Position numbers and translations under genes: made by a program
Source of the DNA: Candidatus Poribacteria bacterium
GTDB taxonomy: Bacteria; Poribacteria; WGA-4E; WGA-3G
DNA: 64,000 nt
Assembly: GCA_965197475.1 (NCBI GenBank)
Contig: CBDANF010000003.1
Span: forward strand, 3,040,001 to 3,104,000
Direction: 5' to 3'
Notes under the pieces: generated by a model
The model's database searches: none
What the model saw: only the letters and a program-made list of their open reading frames with translations
What the model was told of the DNA's origin: nothing
In this document: in pieces, positions 52,402-61,857 of the stretch
Position numbering within the stretch: position 1 is the stretch's first letter
Layout: every line of letters begins with the position of its first letter

Positions 52402-53922
52402 TTATTTCCCCTCCATTTGCGGCGTATTGCCTGATGGAGGTTGTTTTTCCTTGATAAGACGTTCTACCTCTGCTGCGAGTTCAGGGTCTTTCTCTTTGAG
52501 ATGTTGGAGTCCTTTCGTTCCACCGTAGCGTTCGATCATTTCAAAGGCACGGACAAGACGTTCGGGTGCCACCGTTGTTTTTCCACCTTTGAGGTGTGCT
52601 TCAAGTTCTTTCGTCAGAAAATTGTTGGTGTCAATCGGAGAGTCTTCATTCATGATACTTTCTGCCCATTCGAGAAATTCGTAAAACTCCTGCTGCGTAG
52701 CTCTTTGTTGGCGTTGGAATTCGGCGCGTGCGGCTCTAGCATGATCTATCTTTCGTTGTTCTTTGTTTGAAGGTTGATTTTCCGTTGGCTGCGATTCCAA
52801 TGGCGGAAGTTCGGGCATCCATGGTGTTTCCTCAACAACCTGCACAGGGTTTTCTCCAGTACGTATTGCCTTTGTCCCTTGTTGCTGAAGTTCCTCTTCT
52901 GGGGACTTAAGTGTTTTGCGTTCGTACTGAATAGGACGGTAATTAAAACGGCCTGCTTCAATCGCATGTATATGGTTGATCACGCGCGATCCATTCGAGA
53001 CCGTTTGTTGTTTTCTGTAATAAAGCCAAGCGGTTTTAACATCACCGAGTCTCTCATAAGCCATTCCTAAGCTGAAAAATCCGCGCGTGGGGTCAAGTTG
53101 GTTTGCTTTTTTAAGGTGTTGGATGGCTTCTTCAGGGTGATCGTAAAAGATCACAGATCCTAATCCACTAAGTGAGGGTGAGTGCTCAGGGTACATAGCG
53201 ATAATTTCTCGGTATTTCTCAGAGGCTTTTGCCTTGTCCAGTTCGTAACTCACCATGCAGGCTCTGGCATCTGGATTATCCGGATCTTCCGCAAGCACGC
53301 GTTCCGCATAGGCTTTATCTTTATGGTATGCCCGAACTGCATATATGTATTCAAAGGCACGGCGAGGTTCAAGTTGGTCCAAGATAGCAGCATTATAGAT
53401 TTGATGTTTTTCAAGGAAAGTGAGGGTTTCCTCCAGAGTTTTGTCACCAGAGAATATCTCAAATTCTTTTTCTGTGAGTTCTTCTTCGGACATTGGGTTT
53501 TCATTTAGGTCGTTGCGGATATGGTACTCCAGAAGTATTGGATCACGGAGTGCTTTTATATCGTCAGGGGGCGGCGGTGGAGGTGGTGTTTCACAGGTTA
53601 GTGGTAGTACCTTGCCATAATCCGCGGAACCTAATTTTGTTTTTGAAAAAATCGGACGAATTGGTTCAATTTTCGTTGGGGTTGCGGAAATCTTACCCTT
53701 TTTTAGAAAGAACGTTTGCTTTCTTGGTGTTGGGGCAGACAATCCGTTGTGCAATCTGCCATTATCCCTATGTTCGTCCCCATCAAAGGATTCATCTACT
53801 GAATTGTTATTAACACTTTTTGGGGGCACGGGTTGACTACGTTGTATCATAATTATACTTGAGATGCCGATACCGATAAGGATACCGAGTATCCAATATG
53901 CGTTGTTTCTAAAGAATCTCAT
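52402..53922 (-). CDS. membrane-anchored TPR-containing protein
   Basis: AAGGAG RBS, N-terminal TM, poly-Pro, TPR-like EAIQHLKKANQLDP and LGMAYERLGD..TA..YY. Confidence 0.8.
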   Translation of the reverse strand: MRFFRNNAYWILGILIGIGISSIIMIQRSQPVPPKSVNNNSVDESFDGDEHRDNGRLHNGLSAPTPRKQTFFLKKGKISATPTKIEPIRPIFSKTKLGSADYGKVLPLTCETPPPPPPPDDIKALRDPILLEYHIRNDLNENPMSEEELTEKEFEIFSGDKTLEETLTFLEKHQIYNAAILDQLEPRRAFEYIYAVRAYHKDKAYAERVLAEDPDNPDARACMVSYELDKAKASEKYREIIAMYPEHSPSLSGLGSVIFYDHPEEAIQHLKKANQLDPTRGFFSLGMAYERLGDVKTAWLYYRKQQTVSNGSRVINHIHAIEAGRFNYRPIQYERKTLKSPEEELQQQGTKAIRTGENPVQVVEETPWMPELPPLESQPTENQPSNKEQRKIDHARAARAEFQRQQRATQQEFYEFLEWAESIMNEDSPIDTNNFLTKELEAHLKGGKTTVAPERLVRAFEMIERYGGTKGLQHLKEKDPELAAEVERLIKEKQPPSGNTPQMEGK

Positions 53923-53935
53923 GTCAGTTTCTCCT

Positions 53936-54118
53936 TTATTTGCCTGCCTCGCCCGTGCAAGGCGGCACTGTCGATTTTGGACAAGGAGTTTCCTGTTTTT
54001 TCAGTATACAGTCCGGCTTTTCTGTGCAATCCATCTCTGTCTGCGTTGCATTCAGAATCTTGATAGAGCCTAACAGCAGAAAACTCCCGATGCAAAGAAT
54101 TATAAACGTATAAATCAT
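53936..54118 (-). CDS. small exported Cys-containing peptide, 5' end abutting the IS end
   Basis: Hydrophobic N-terminus, four Cys in the mature part; stop abuts the RBS of the TPR gene. Confidence 0.5.
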   Translation of the reverse strand: MIYTFIILCIGSFLLLGSIKILNATQTEMDCTEKPDCILKKQETPCPKSTVPPCTGEAGK

Positions 54119-54164
54119 CGCAATGAGTAGTTTTGGACTTGAAATTTTTTCTCAAATTTTTCAC

Positions 54165-54194
54165 TTGACACTCAAATTCTTTCCATGTTATACT
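54165..54194 (+). promoter_or_regulatory. promoter driving the IS passenger genes
   Basis: TTGACA-18 nt-TATACT with extended -10 TG. Confidence 0.6.
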
Positions 54195-54386
54195 ATTCTC
54201 AAGTTCGTTGGGCAGGATTTCTATCGCAACACTCCTTGTGTTGTGTCCTGCCCTCACCCATAGAAAGGTGTAAACGAACCTACGAACGATACCCGTTTAA
54301 CGTATCAATTTTATATGCTTGAACAGTGCATAACGCACTGGAAATACGCTATGCACCAATTTATCTCAAGCAAAGTGAGGTATACT

Positions 54387-54518
54387 ATGGCTAAAAAAGC
54401 CACTGGCACGCGTGTACGCGATGCCAAAGATGGACGGTTCCTTCCCAAAGGCACGGACAAACGCCGTCCCGCCACAACGGTGAAAGAAACTGTCAAACCT
54501 CACAAGCGGTGTAAATAA
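54387..54518 (+). CDS. small basic protein (43 aa), IS passenger
   Basis: GAGG RBS; RDAKDGRF...RRPATTVKET; followed by a hairpin at 54532-54559. Confidence 0.7.
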   Translation: MAKKATGTRVRDAKDGRFLPKGTDKRRPATTVKETVKPHKRCK

Positions 54519-54588
54519 TCCGCTTGCAAACATGTAGGGGGTCTTTTGATCCCCTACATACACATTTTACCTCACAAAAGGAACATTG

Positions 54589-54975
54589 ATGAAAACTTTG
54601 TCGTTTATAATGGTTGTGATGTTATTCACTACGCCATATCTCACACTTGCACAACAAACAAGTGATGCTGCGCAAGCAATATTTGATGCACGACGTGATG
54701 CAACACTTGCAAACACTCAAATATGGGGAACTGTTGGTTGTCTACTTGGTGTTACCGGTATGTTAATTGCGTATGTTGTCACACCAACGGTACTACCAGA
54801 AAAATTGCTTGGAAAATCACCAGAATATGTTGCTTATTACACAAGCATTTATCAAAAACTTGTGAAAAACGACCAAATAACACATGCTACAATAGGATGT
54901 GTTATTGGAACTGGCACTATGGTGGGACTTTGGATAATTTTAATTTCAGCTGCTGATTCTCCATACGGGTATTAG
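54589..54975 (+). CDS. hypothetical membrane protein, IS passenger
   Basis: AAGGA RBS, signal peptide, two Gly-rich hydrophobic segments around LLGKSPEYVAYY. Confidence 0.75.
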   Translation: MKTLSFIMVVMLFTTPYLTLAQQTSDAAQAIFDARRDATLANTQIWGTVGCLLGVTGMLIAYVVTPTVLPEKLLGKSPEYVAYYTSIYQKLVKNDQITHATIGCVIGTGTMVGLWIILISAADSPYGY

Positions 54976-55031
54976 CAATTCCAACCAACGAGGGGACTCT
55001 GTCCCCTCTAACCCCAAAGGAGACTAAACCC

Positions 55032-55304
55032 ATGTGGGTAATATTCAAGCCGCCTTCCGATCCTGTTGATTTTTCACTTTTAGCCTTACATACAGAGAGT
55101 TTTGTAGAACTCGCCCTTGTAAAACTTGATACAAATTTTCGCGTAGTGATTCAGAAACCTTTTGACACGGACAATGAGAGGTTGGAATTTGCTCTTGACA
55201 TGATCGATGCTCTGAAAGATGGAAAGCCAACTTTTGAACTTCCACAGCATTTTCCCTCAAATCCTGATGACAAAAAGAACAAGATTGATAAGGCATACCT
55301 TTAG
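55032..55304 (+). CDS. hypothetical protein, IS passenger
   Basis: AAAGGAG RBS, 90 aa, convergent with the transposase. Confidence 0.7.
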   Translation: MWVIFKPPSDPVDFSLLALHTESFVELALVKLDTNFRVVIQKPFDTDNERLEFALDMIDALKDGKPTFELPQHFPSNPDDKKNKIDKAYL

Positions 55305-55313
55305 TTGTGTCCA

Positions 55314-56195
55314 TCACCGCATACTTTCATTAACAAACTTATCAAAGATACTGTCAATGCTCCTATAGTTGTATTTATAGCACGCCTCTGCTACATACAG
55401 GGGCGTATATTCAGTCCAGTAGTGGTGATGACTTCCATACCAAGCTCGTTTGAGTAGACTCCAAAACCCCTCAATTGTGTTTGTGTGGACATCACCCTCA
55501 ACAAATTGCGTTTGATGATCTATGATATGGTGTTTCATCTCCTTGCCGATAGCGAGATACGCCTTATACTCATCGGTCATCAACTCCGAATCCTCAACTT
55601 TGACGACTCTTCGGATAAAGTCTAAAATAGTCCGTCCTGTCAAATCTTTAGCGAGTTGTGCTACAACTTTCCCGCCCCGCTGTACTGCCCCGATAATAGC
55701 GTCTTTCTCTGTTCCACGTCCACGCTTGGCAGGCACGTGGTCTTCCTTCTTATTAGGCTTACGAGGTTTACCCCCGATGTAAGTTTCATCTGCCTCTATG
55801 ATGCCTTGTAGTAGCACGTTACCTTTCTTTGCCATTTCAGCACGGATACGAGTCATGATATACCATGCTGTCTTTTGATTCAAGTCTAAATCGCGCGCAA
55901 GTTGATGACTTGACAAACTTTTCTTCGCATTCGTTATCAACGAAATAGCCAAAAACCACTTCTGTAACGCTATCTTTGTCCCGTGAAACACCGACCTGCA
56001 CGTCACCTTGAAACTCACTTGGCACTCGTGGCAGTTCCAACGACCGATACGACCGATTTCTGTTTCTGTCCGTTCTCCTATATGATCGCTTTCACAATGC
56101 GGACACACAGGTTTACCTCGCCACCGAATCTTCTCTAAATGCGAAATACAACTCTCTTGATCGGGAAAACGCTCCATCACCTTCAACAAATCCAT
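55314..56195 (-). CDS. IS1595-family DDE transposase
   Basis: Zn ribbon CPHC...CHEC, EADETYIGG, TDEY, HTNTIEGFWSLLKR. Start at ATG 56195 after AAGGAG. Confidence 0.95.
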   Translation of the reverse strand: MDLLKVMERFPDQESCISHLEKIRWRGKPVCPHCESDHIGERTETEIGRIGRWNCHECQVSFKVTCRSVFHGTKIALQKWFLAISLITNAKKSLSSHQLARDLDLNQKTAWYIMTRIRAEMAKKGNVLLQGIIEADETYIGGKPRKPNKKEDHVPAKRGRGTEKDAIIGAVQRGGKVVAQLAKDLTGRTILDFIRRVVKVEDSELMTDEYKAYLAIGKEMKHHIIDHQTQFVEGDVHTNTIEGFWSLLKRAWYGSHHHYWTEYTPLYVAEACYKYNYRSIDSIFDKFVNESMR

Positions 56196-56452
56196 CAGAT
56201 AACTCCTTGAAATAGGAGTTGCTTTTTCTGACGGATTTCTGATATAATACCAGATAAGATTAGAACCGTCAAAAAGCAACTCGCTTTTTGTGTTCATTTA
56301 GGGGGCTACCAACCCCCTATTTTCTTATCTATATTATACCATATAAACCCAGTGGACACAAGGCTTTATAGCGATTTTTTAAAATTTTTCTCAAGTCCAA
56401 AACTACTCATTGCGAAAATATATACAAGAAAAATTACGTTAATATGGTATAA

Positions 56453-56796
56453 TAACGAGAGTTCAATAATAGTATATTATCGAAAGTTTGACTTAATAAT
56501 TTAGAGGAATCCAACACAATATATCCCGTCTATCCAGATTTGATGACGAACAATTGCAGCACTCCAGAGGAGTGCTATGTCTATAGAAAACCAGATGCCC
56601 AAGTTTGCGCTCCGTAGGAGTGCTATGTGTGTGCTGAAGCCACATACCGCTCCTACGGAGCGGAGTGCTGCGTTGGATGGTTGCTATAAACATATTGCTC
56701 CTACGGAGCAAAGGTATTTGTTTTGGTTTCTGTGGTTAGATGGACGTAAGCGAAACACAACATCCAAATTTGAATTCTTTTATTGAACTCACGTTA
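56453..56796. mobile_element. MITE-like element containing four palindromic units
   Basis: TIRs TAACG(A/T)GAGTTCAATAA match 16/17. Internal GCTCC-N3-GGAG palindromes at 56559, 56607, 56647 and 56696. Confidence 0.65.
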
Positions 56797-56875
56797 AAAT
56801 AGATATTTTCGAACCACGTTAAAGTAACAAATATAACATGAAATGAGCAGAAAATCAATAGAATTCTAAAACTCG

Positions 56876-58330
56876 TCAATCCAACGGAAACAGCGGTCTC
56901 CGAACATTCCGATACGAAAAATGTTGTGGATTTACCGCAGTCAATCCTGGTGTATCCACCTCAATAATCCTCCCTGCGATCAGTTCATAGGCAGCGCGAT
57001 ATGCGATTGCGGCTTTGACGACAGCTATTCGCATCACCTTCGGATTGACACCGAGACTCAGCAACTGCTGCAGACTGAACGGCGTTTGACGTTTACTTGT
57101 CAAAACAACTAATGAGTCCTCTACAGCAACGACAGTTGTCAACCCTTGATTGTGATATTTTTGTCCGCCGTGCCGAGGTTCCGTCTCAATAAAATGTCCA
57201 TCGTGGATTAAGCGGACTTTGCCCCGAATTGGTACAGGATCCCCATGTTGATTGTCAGTTTTCCCACCGACTTGCAAAGATACTTGATTGCCAATACCTA
57301 TCTCAATACAAGTTTGCACGCATTCTGGATCACACAGAACAACTACAAATTCCGATGCTTTCTGACGCAGCAACTCTGCGAGAATGAAAGTGCTATCCCC
57401 CGATGAACCGCCGCCTATATTATCACCCATTTCAACAAGAATAACTGGATGTTCATTGCTTTGCATCGCTTGCTGAACAGCGTTCGCCGCATCAGGTAAA
57501 TTCAATGTTAATTGGTCTCGGACATTCCACAACATATCTGATAGCCGATCAGCTTCTGTTTGCGCAAGCTGGGGGTTGTTATCTGTCACAACAACGAATG
57601 ATGGACCTGCCTCATAGACATCTGCATACGGATAACCTGATGCAACATTCGCGACCAGAGTGTTGGAATCGTCCTCAAGCAGCTTCGCCGCATTCAAAAT
57701 AGAACGCATCGGTTCAGCACTTGTATTCTGATACAGGATGTTGAGCAGCATCGGCGGTTTGGCAAGAGTCTGCGTAGGGATTACCTCTCCTTTGAGGATA
57801 CGCATCATCAATTCTGCTGCTTGTCCACCGCGCTGCTGTTGATCAATATGTGGGTTAGTTTTATAAATCACAAGCATTGTTGATTTCTCAACCATTTGTT
57901 GAGAAACATTTGCATGATGGTCAAGTGTAACCACAATTGGCAGAGATTGTCCGAAGGTGTCTTGAAGCCTTCGCAACACTTCTCCATCACCGTCGGGATA
58001 ACTCTCAACCACCATTGCACCGTGCAATGCAAGCAGTAGTCCATCCAGTTCTGGTATGGCTTTGAGTTGTTGGACAAGCATATCGGTAAGTTTATCAAAG
58101 GCAGCATCAGTTACGGGACCAGCAGGTGTCGCAGTAGCCATTAAGGTCGGACAAGTAGTATAACCGTGCAGAACTACGCCTTGTATAAATCCACCCATCT
58201 CATGGTGTGTGTCCTTCCAAATCGACAATAATTCATCTCCAATTGTGTAAGAAAACGCCTCAAAATCAGTAAAAGTATTGCAAAACGTATTTGATTCGTG
58301 CATTATCCCGCCAATAGCAATTGTAGCCAT
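56876..58330 (-). CDS. M81 family metallopeptidase (MlrC-like)
   Basis: HESNTF, LHGAMV, LDHHAN, YKTNPHID, DNIGGG. Confidence 0.92.
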   Translation of the reverse strand: MATIAIGGIMHESNTFCNTFTDFEAFSYTIGDELLSIWKDTHHEMGGFIQGVVLHGYTTCPTLMATATPAGPVTDAAFDKLTDMLVQQLKAIPELDGLLLALHGAMVVESYPDGDGEVLRRLQDTFGQSLPIVVTLDHHANVSQQMVEKSTMLVIYKTNPHIDQQQRGGQAAELMMRILKGEVIPTQTLAKPPMLLNILYQNTSAEPMRSILNAAKLLEDDSNTLVANVASGYPYADVYEAGPSFVVVTDNNPQLAQTEADRLSDMLWNVRDQLTLNLPDAANAVQQAMQSNEHPVILVEMGDNIGGGSSGDSTFILAELLRQKASEFVVVLCDPECVQTCIEIGIGNQVSLQVGGKTDNQHGDPVPIRGKVRLIHDGHFIETEPRHGGQKYHNQGLTTVVAVEDSLVVLTSKRQTPFSLQQLLSLGVNPKVMRIAVVKAAIAYRAAYELIAGRIIEVDTPGLTAVNPQHFSYRNVRRPLFPLD

Positions 58331-58545
58331 AATATGTTCCTTTCTGAAGATACGCGCCTTAAATAACACCACTAAGAATGCCCATTACTGGATATCCTTC
58401 TCTATCAAAGATTTCACATTTTAAAATATCTTGACGACATGAGTAAAAATAGTGTATCATTTAACACAGTTTTTAGTTTCAATTTTTTAACAAAAGGTTT
58501 TGAAAACTGATAGTTATAGGCGCGAATTGAGTAGCGATAAAACGC

Positions 58546-59154
58546 ATGGCGGAAAATGGCACCCGAAAAAACCGTATTGAAGAAGCGATAGAAGTCGCCG
58601 CACAGGCACATGATGGGCAATTTCGGAAAGGCACGCACACACCGTATATCACACATCCGTATGCTGTTGGTCTGATGTTGATGAACGCAGGATGCTCAGA
58701 TGCAGTGGTTATAGCGGGGATTCTGCACGATACGGTTGAGGACACCGACCTAACATTAGAATGTATCCGAAAAAACTTTGGTGAACCTATCGCAGACATT
58801 GTTGATGGATGTTCTGAAAATAAGTCCTTGCGGTGGCGGGAACGAAAGACCGAACGGATTGAAGCACTGAAAACTGCTACTACCGAAATTTGCCTTGTAA
58901 CATGCGCTGACAAACTTCACAATCTACGAACCGTGATTTCGGAATACGATGACATCGGTGATGCAGTCTGGGAGCGTTTTCACGGTGGGGTAGAGGCACA
59001 AGCATGGTACTATCAAAGCGTTTTAGAAAGTTTGCGAATGCATATAAAATCTGATAGAATGGCAAAGTGTGACAGCGCAGCCATCCAACAATTCAACTTA
59101 ATTTTTCAGCAACTGCAGCATGCTGTAGTATATCTATTTGATGAAGAGACTTGA
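58546..59154 (+). CDS. HD-domain protein, Mesh1/small alarmone hydrolase-like
   Basis: AHDGQFRKG..PYI.HP, LHDTVEDT, ADKLHN. Confidence 0.88.
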   Translation: MAENGTRKNRIEEAIEVAAQAHDGQFRKGTHTPYITHPYAVGLMLMNAGCSDAVVIAGILHDTVEDTDLTLECIRKNFGEPIADIVDGCSENKSLRWRERKTERIEALKTATTEICLVTCADKLHNLRTVISEYDDIGDAVWERFHGGVEAQAWYYQSVLESLRMHIKSDRMAKCDSAAIQQFNLIFQQLQHAVVYLFDEET

Positions 59155-59218
59155 TAAAGATTGCGTATGTTTTTCAGAACGGTTTCAAAAAACACTGCAT
59201 TACTGGACATCAAAAAAT

Positions 59219-60265
59219 ATGACAAACAAAAAGATCCGTCTTACAGCGACCGTCAAATGTGCGGGGTGAGCGTCAAAATTAGCTCCGGGTGAGCTGGCAC
59301 ACATTTTAAGTAACCTGCCCAAATCCACAGATCCCAACCTGCTTGTCGGCACAGAAACCTCTGATGACGCGGGGATATACCGCATTTCCGATGATCTCGC
59401 CCTCGTGAACACTGTGGACTACTTCACTCCTATCGTGGACGATCCTTATACATTCGGTGCGATTGCAGCGACAAATTCACTCAGTGATGTTTATAGTATG
59501 GGTGGCGTTCCGAAAACAGCACTGAATATTACCTGCTGGCCCAAAAATGATCTGGAACTCTCGATTCTTGGGGATATTGTCAAGGGTGGTGCAGAAAAAG
59601 CTGCTGAAGCGGGAGCAGCACTTCTCGGTGGACACACTGTGGATTCACCTGAACTGATGTATGGACTTGCAGTGACAGGTGTTGTGCATCCGGAGAAATT
59701 TGTTAGAAACTACGGTGCGCGTCCGGGTGATGTTTTGATTTTAACGAAAAATCTCGGGATCGGCATCCTCACAACAGGATTGAAATTTGACAAAATCAGT
59801 GATGAAGTCTTACCGCAAGTAGTTGAGTCAATGACGCGGCTTAATACTACTGCTTCTGAAGTTATGTTGAAGTATGGTGCAACTGCTTGCACGGATGTCA
59901 CCGGATACGGTTTACTCGGTCACGCATCGGAGATGGCGGCAGGCAACAATGTGCGGCTAAAAATAAATAGCGGTGCCGTTCCTTACTTTGAAGATGCTCC
60001 TTGGCTCGTTAAAAAGAAAACTTATACACAAGCCTATCTTGCCAATACAGATTTTCTCTCAGATAAGGTCACGTTCAAATCTTCAGTTACAGAGGAGATG
60101 CGTCACATTTTGATGGAAGCTGAAACGTCTGGCGGATTGTTATTTGCGCTGCCAGCGGAAAATGCTGAGGCTGCAGTCAAAGAACTCCATTCCCTTGATT
60201 GTCCTGAAGCTGCTGTTATCGGTGATGTTGTCGCAGCAGATGCTGCACATATTGACGTGCATTAG
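59219..60265 (+). CDS. selD: selenophosphate synthetase, selenocysteine-containing (UGA at codon 17)
   Basis: MTNKKIRLTATVKCAG-TGA-ASKLAPGEL...SDDAGIY is in frame with TVDYFTPIVDDP, ANSLSD-like motif, GGHT, TDVTGYGLLGH and ETSGGLL. Confidence 0.93.
59281..59295 (+). promoter_or_regulatory. candidate bacterial SECIS hairpin
   Basis: AGCTC-CGGGT-GAGCT begins 11 nt after the in-frame UGA and has a G-rich loop. Confidence 0.6.
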
Positions 60266-60296
60266 ATCACTTCCAATTCCAAAATGGTGACCCAAC

Positions 60297-60818
60297 ATGA
60301 CAAAAACTGAGTTGGCAAAGCAGATTCGTGCCGTTTCATATCTTACAGGCGAATTCAAACTCCGCTCTGGAAATATCAGCAACTTCTATTGGGATAAATA
60401 CCGGTTTGAAAGTAATCCTGTACTGCTTACTGCAATTGCCGAAGAGATAGTGAAACTTCTTCCGTCTATATTTGACGGTTTGGCAGGTTTAGAATTAGGG
60501 GGTATTCCGATCGCGACCGCGATTTCTTTACAAACGGGACATCCCTGTTTTTATGTACGTAAAGAAGCAAAGACTTATGGCACCTGCAATCTTATAGAGG
60601 GAGGTGTAAAGGAGAACAGTCAACTCGTTGTAATAGAAGATGTTATCACGACTGCGGGACAGGTTTGTACTTCTATTGAACAGATTCGCGCAGCAGGACA
60701 CACAGTGGAAAATGTTGTAGCAGTTATTGACCGACAGGCGGGAGGAGAGGAAAAAATTAATGCACTCGGATGTTCATTCGCATCAGTTTTTACACTTGAT
60801 GCATTAGAAAAAATATAA
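60297..60818 (+). CDS. pyrE: orotate phosphoribosyltransferase
   Basis: GEFKLRSG, RKEAK.YG, VIEDVITTAG. Confidence 0.92.
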   Translation: MTKTELAKQIRAVSYLTGEFKLRSGNISNFYWDKYRFESNPVLLTAIAEEIVKLLPSIFDGLAGLELGGIPIATAISLQTGHPCFYVRKEAKTYGTCNLIEGGVKENSQLVVIEDVITTAGQVCTSIEQIRAAGHTVENVVAVIDRQAGGEEKINALGCSFASVFTLDALEKI

Positions 60819-61001
60819 ACACACTTTTATTATTCAGGTAAGATACTCAAACACACTTCACAAGTGAATTAATAAGCAACTCGACAAAATACCTTGCACA
60901 GTGGATTAAGATTTGAAACACAAGTTGTGATAAAAAATTCCGCTACAGTAAAAAAGCACGAGCAAAAACGTAAAATATTACGAGAAATGTGATGAAAAAG
61001 A

Positions 61002-61790
61002 ATGAAAATACTTTTTATTGGAGATATAGTCGGAAATCCGGGGAGAAGAGCAGTAACCGAATTTTTGAAAGAACTTCACAAAACTTCTGCAAATTCGTAT
61101 GACTTCATCGTTGCCAATGGCGAAAACGCCGCAGGAGGAAAAGGTTTAACATTTGAAATTGTTGACCAGTTGTTGGCTTCAGGTGTTTCTGCGATTACGA
61201 CTGGAAACCACGTCTGGGATCAGAAAGAAATTTTAGACTTCATTGACACAACGCCGCAGTTGATTCGACCTGCTAACTATCCAGCGGAAGTGCCTGGACG
61301 TGGGTTTACCATCGTTCTTTCAATGGATGGACGCTTCAAACTTGCAGTCATCAATTTGGCAGGTCAGATATTCATGAATAGATATACGAATCCGTTCCAT
61401 GAATTGGATGCGATTCTATCTAAAGTGAAAGCGGAAACTCCTTATGCGATTTTGGATTTTCATGCTGAAGCCACTTCAGAAAAGATCGCAATGGGATGGC
61501 ATGCAGATGGTAAGGTAGGTGCAGTTATCGGAACACACACGCACGTTCAAACAGCAGATGAGCGTGTACTTCCGAAAGGCACCGCTTATATTACGGATGT
61601 TGGTATGACAGGCCCCCACGATTCGGTTATCGGTAGTAGAAAAGAGCAAGTGGTTCAAAGTTTTTTGACACTGATGCCTGCGCGCTTTGGTGTTGCAAAA
61701 GATAATATTAAACTATGCGCAGTCCAGATTGAATTAGATGATGAAACAGGATTAGCTGTCAGTATTTCAAGGATTCAATATCAGATCTGA
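61002..61790 (+). CDS. ymdB: YmdB/TIGR00282 metallophosphoesterase
   Basis: GDIVG.PGR, NGEN, GNH, DFHAEATSEK, GTHTHV, TDVGMTG. Confidence 0.95.
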   Translation: MKILFIGDIVGNPGRRAVTEFLKELHKTSANSYDFIVANGENAAGGKGLTFEIVDQLLASGVSAITTGNHVWDQKEILDFIDTTPQLIRPANYPAEVPGRGFTIVLSMDGRFKLAVINLAGQIFMNRYTNPFHELDAILSKVKAETPYAILDFHAEATSEKIAMGWHADGKVGAVIGTHTHVQTADERVLPKGTAYITDVGMTGPHDSVIGSRKEQVVQSFLTLMPARFGVAKDNIKLCAVQIELDDETGLAVSISRIQYQI

Positions 61791-61857
61791 AAATCTTGTG
61801 AGATAATAGATTAGTAGACAAAATTCACATAAAACTCTCGTTTTAGGGATAGAAAAA

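Larger units (their letters stand above)
54118..56415 (-). mobile_element. IS1595-family element with passenger genes
   Basis: 25-bp perfect terminal inverted repeats TCGCAATGAGTAGTTTTGGACTTGA at 54118-54142 and 56391-56415, enclosing a transposase and three small ORFs. Confidence 0.88.

Noticed and set aside
53919-54257. 112-aa minus-strand ORF
   Set aside because: It spans the IS terminal repeat, so it is a junction artefact.
56196-56297. 34-aa N-terminal extension of the transposase in the ORF track
   Set aside because: A better RBS precedes ATG 56195, and the extension contains promoter-like TTGACG/TATTAT boxes.
56559-56710. Four spaced palindromes, possible CRISPR
   Set aside because: Units are in opposite orientations with irregular spacing; they fit a REP/MITE cluster. 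The ORFs 56493-56711 and 56577-56786 over them are likely spurious.
60819-61001. Intergenic gap before ymdB, possible 6S or other ncRNA
   Set aside because: AT-rich with no extended pairing or recognisable motif.
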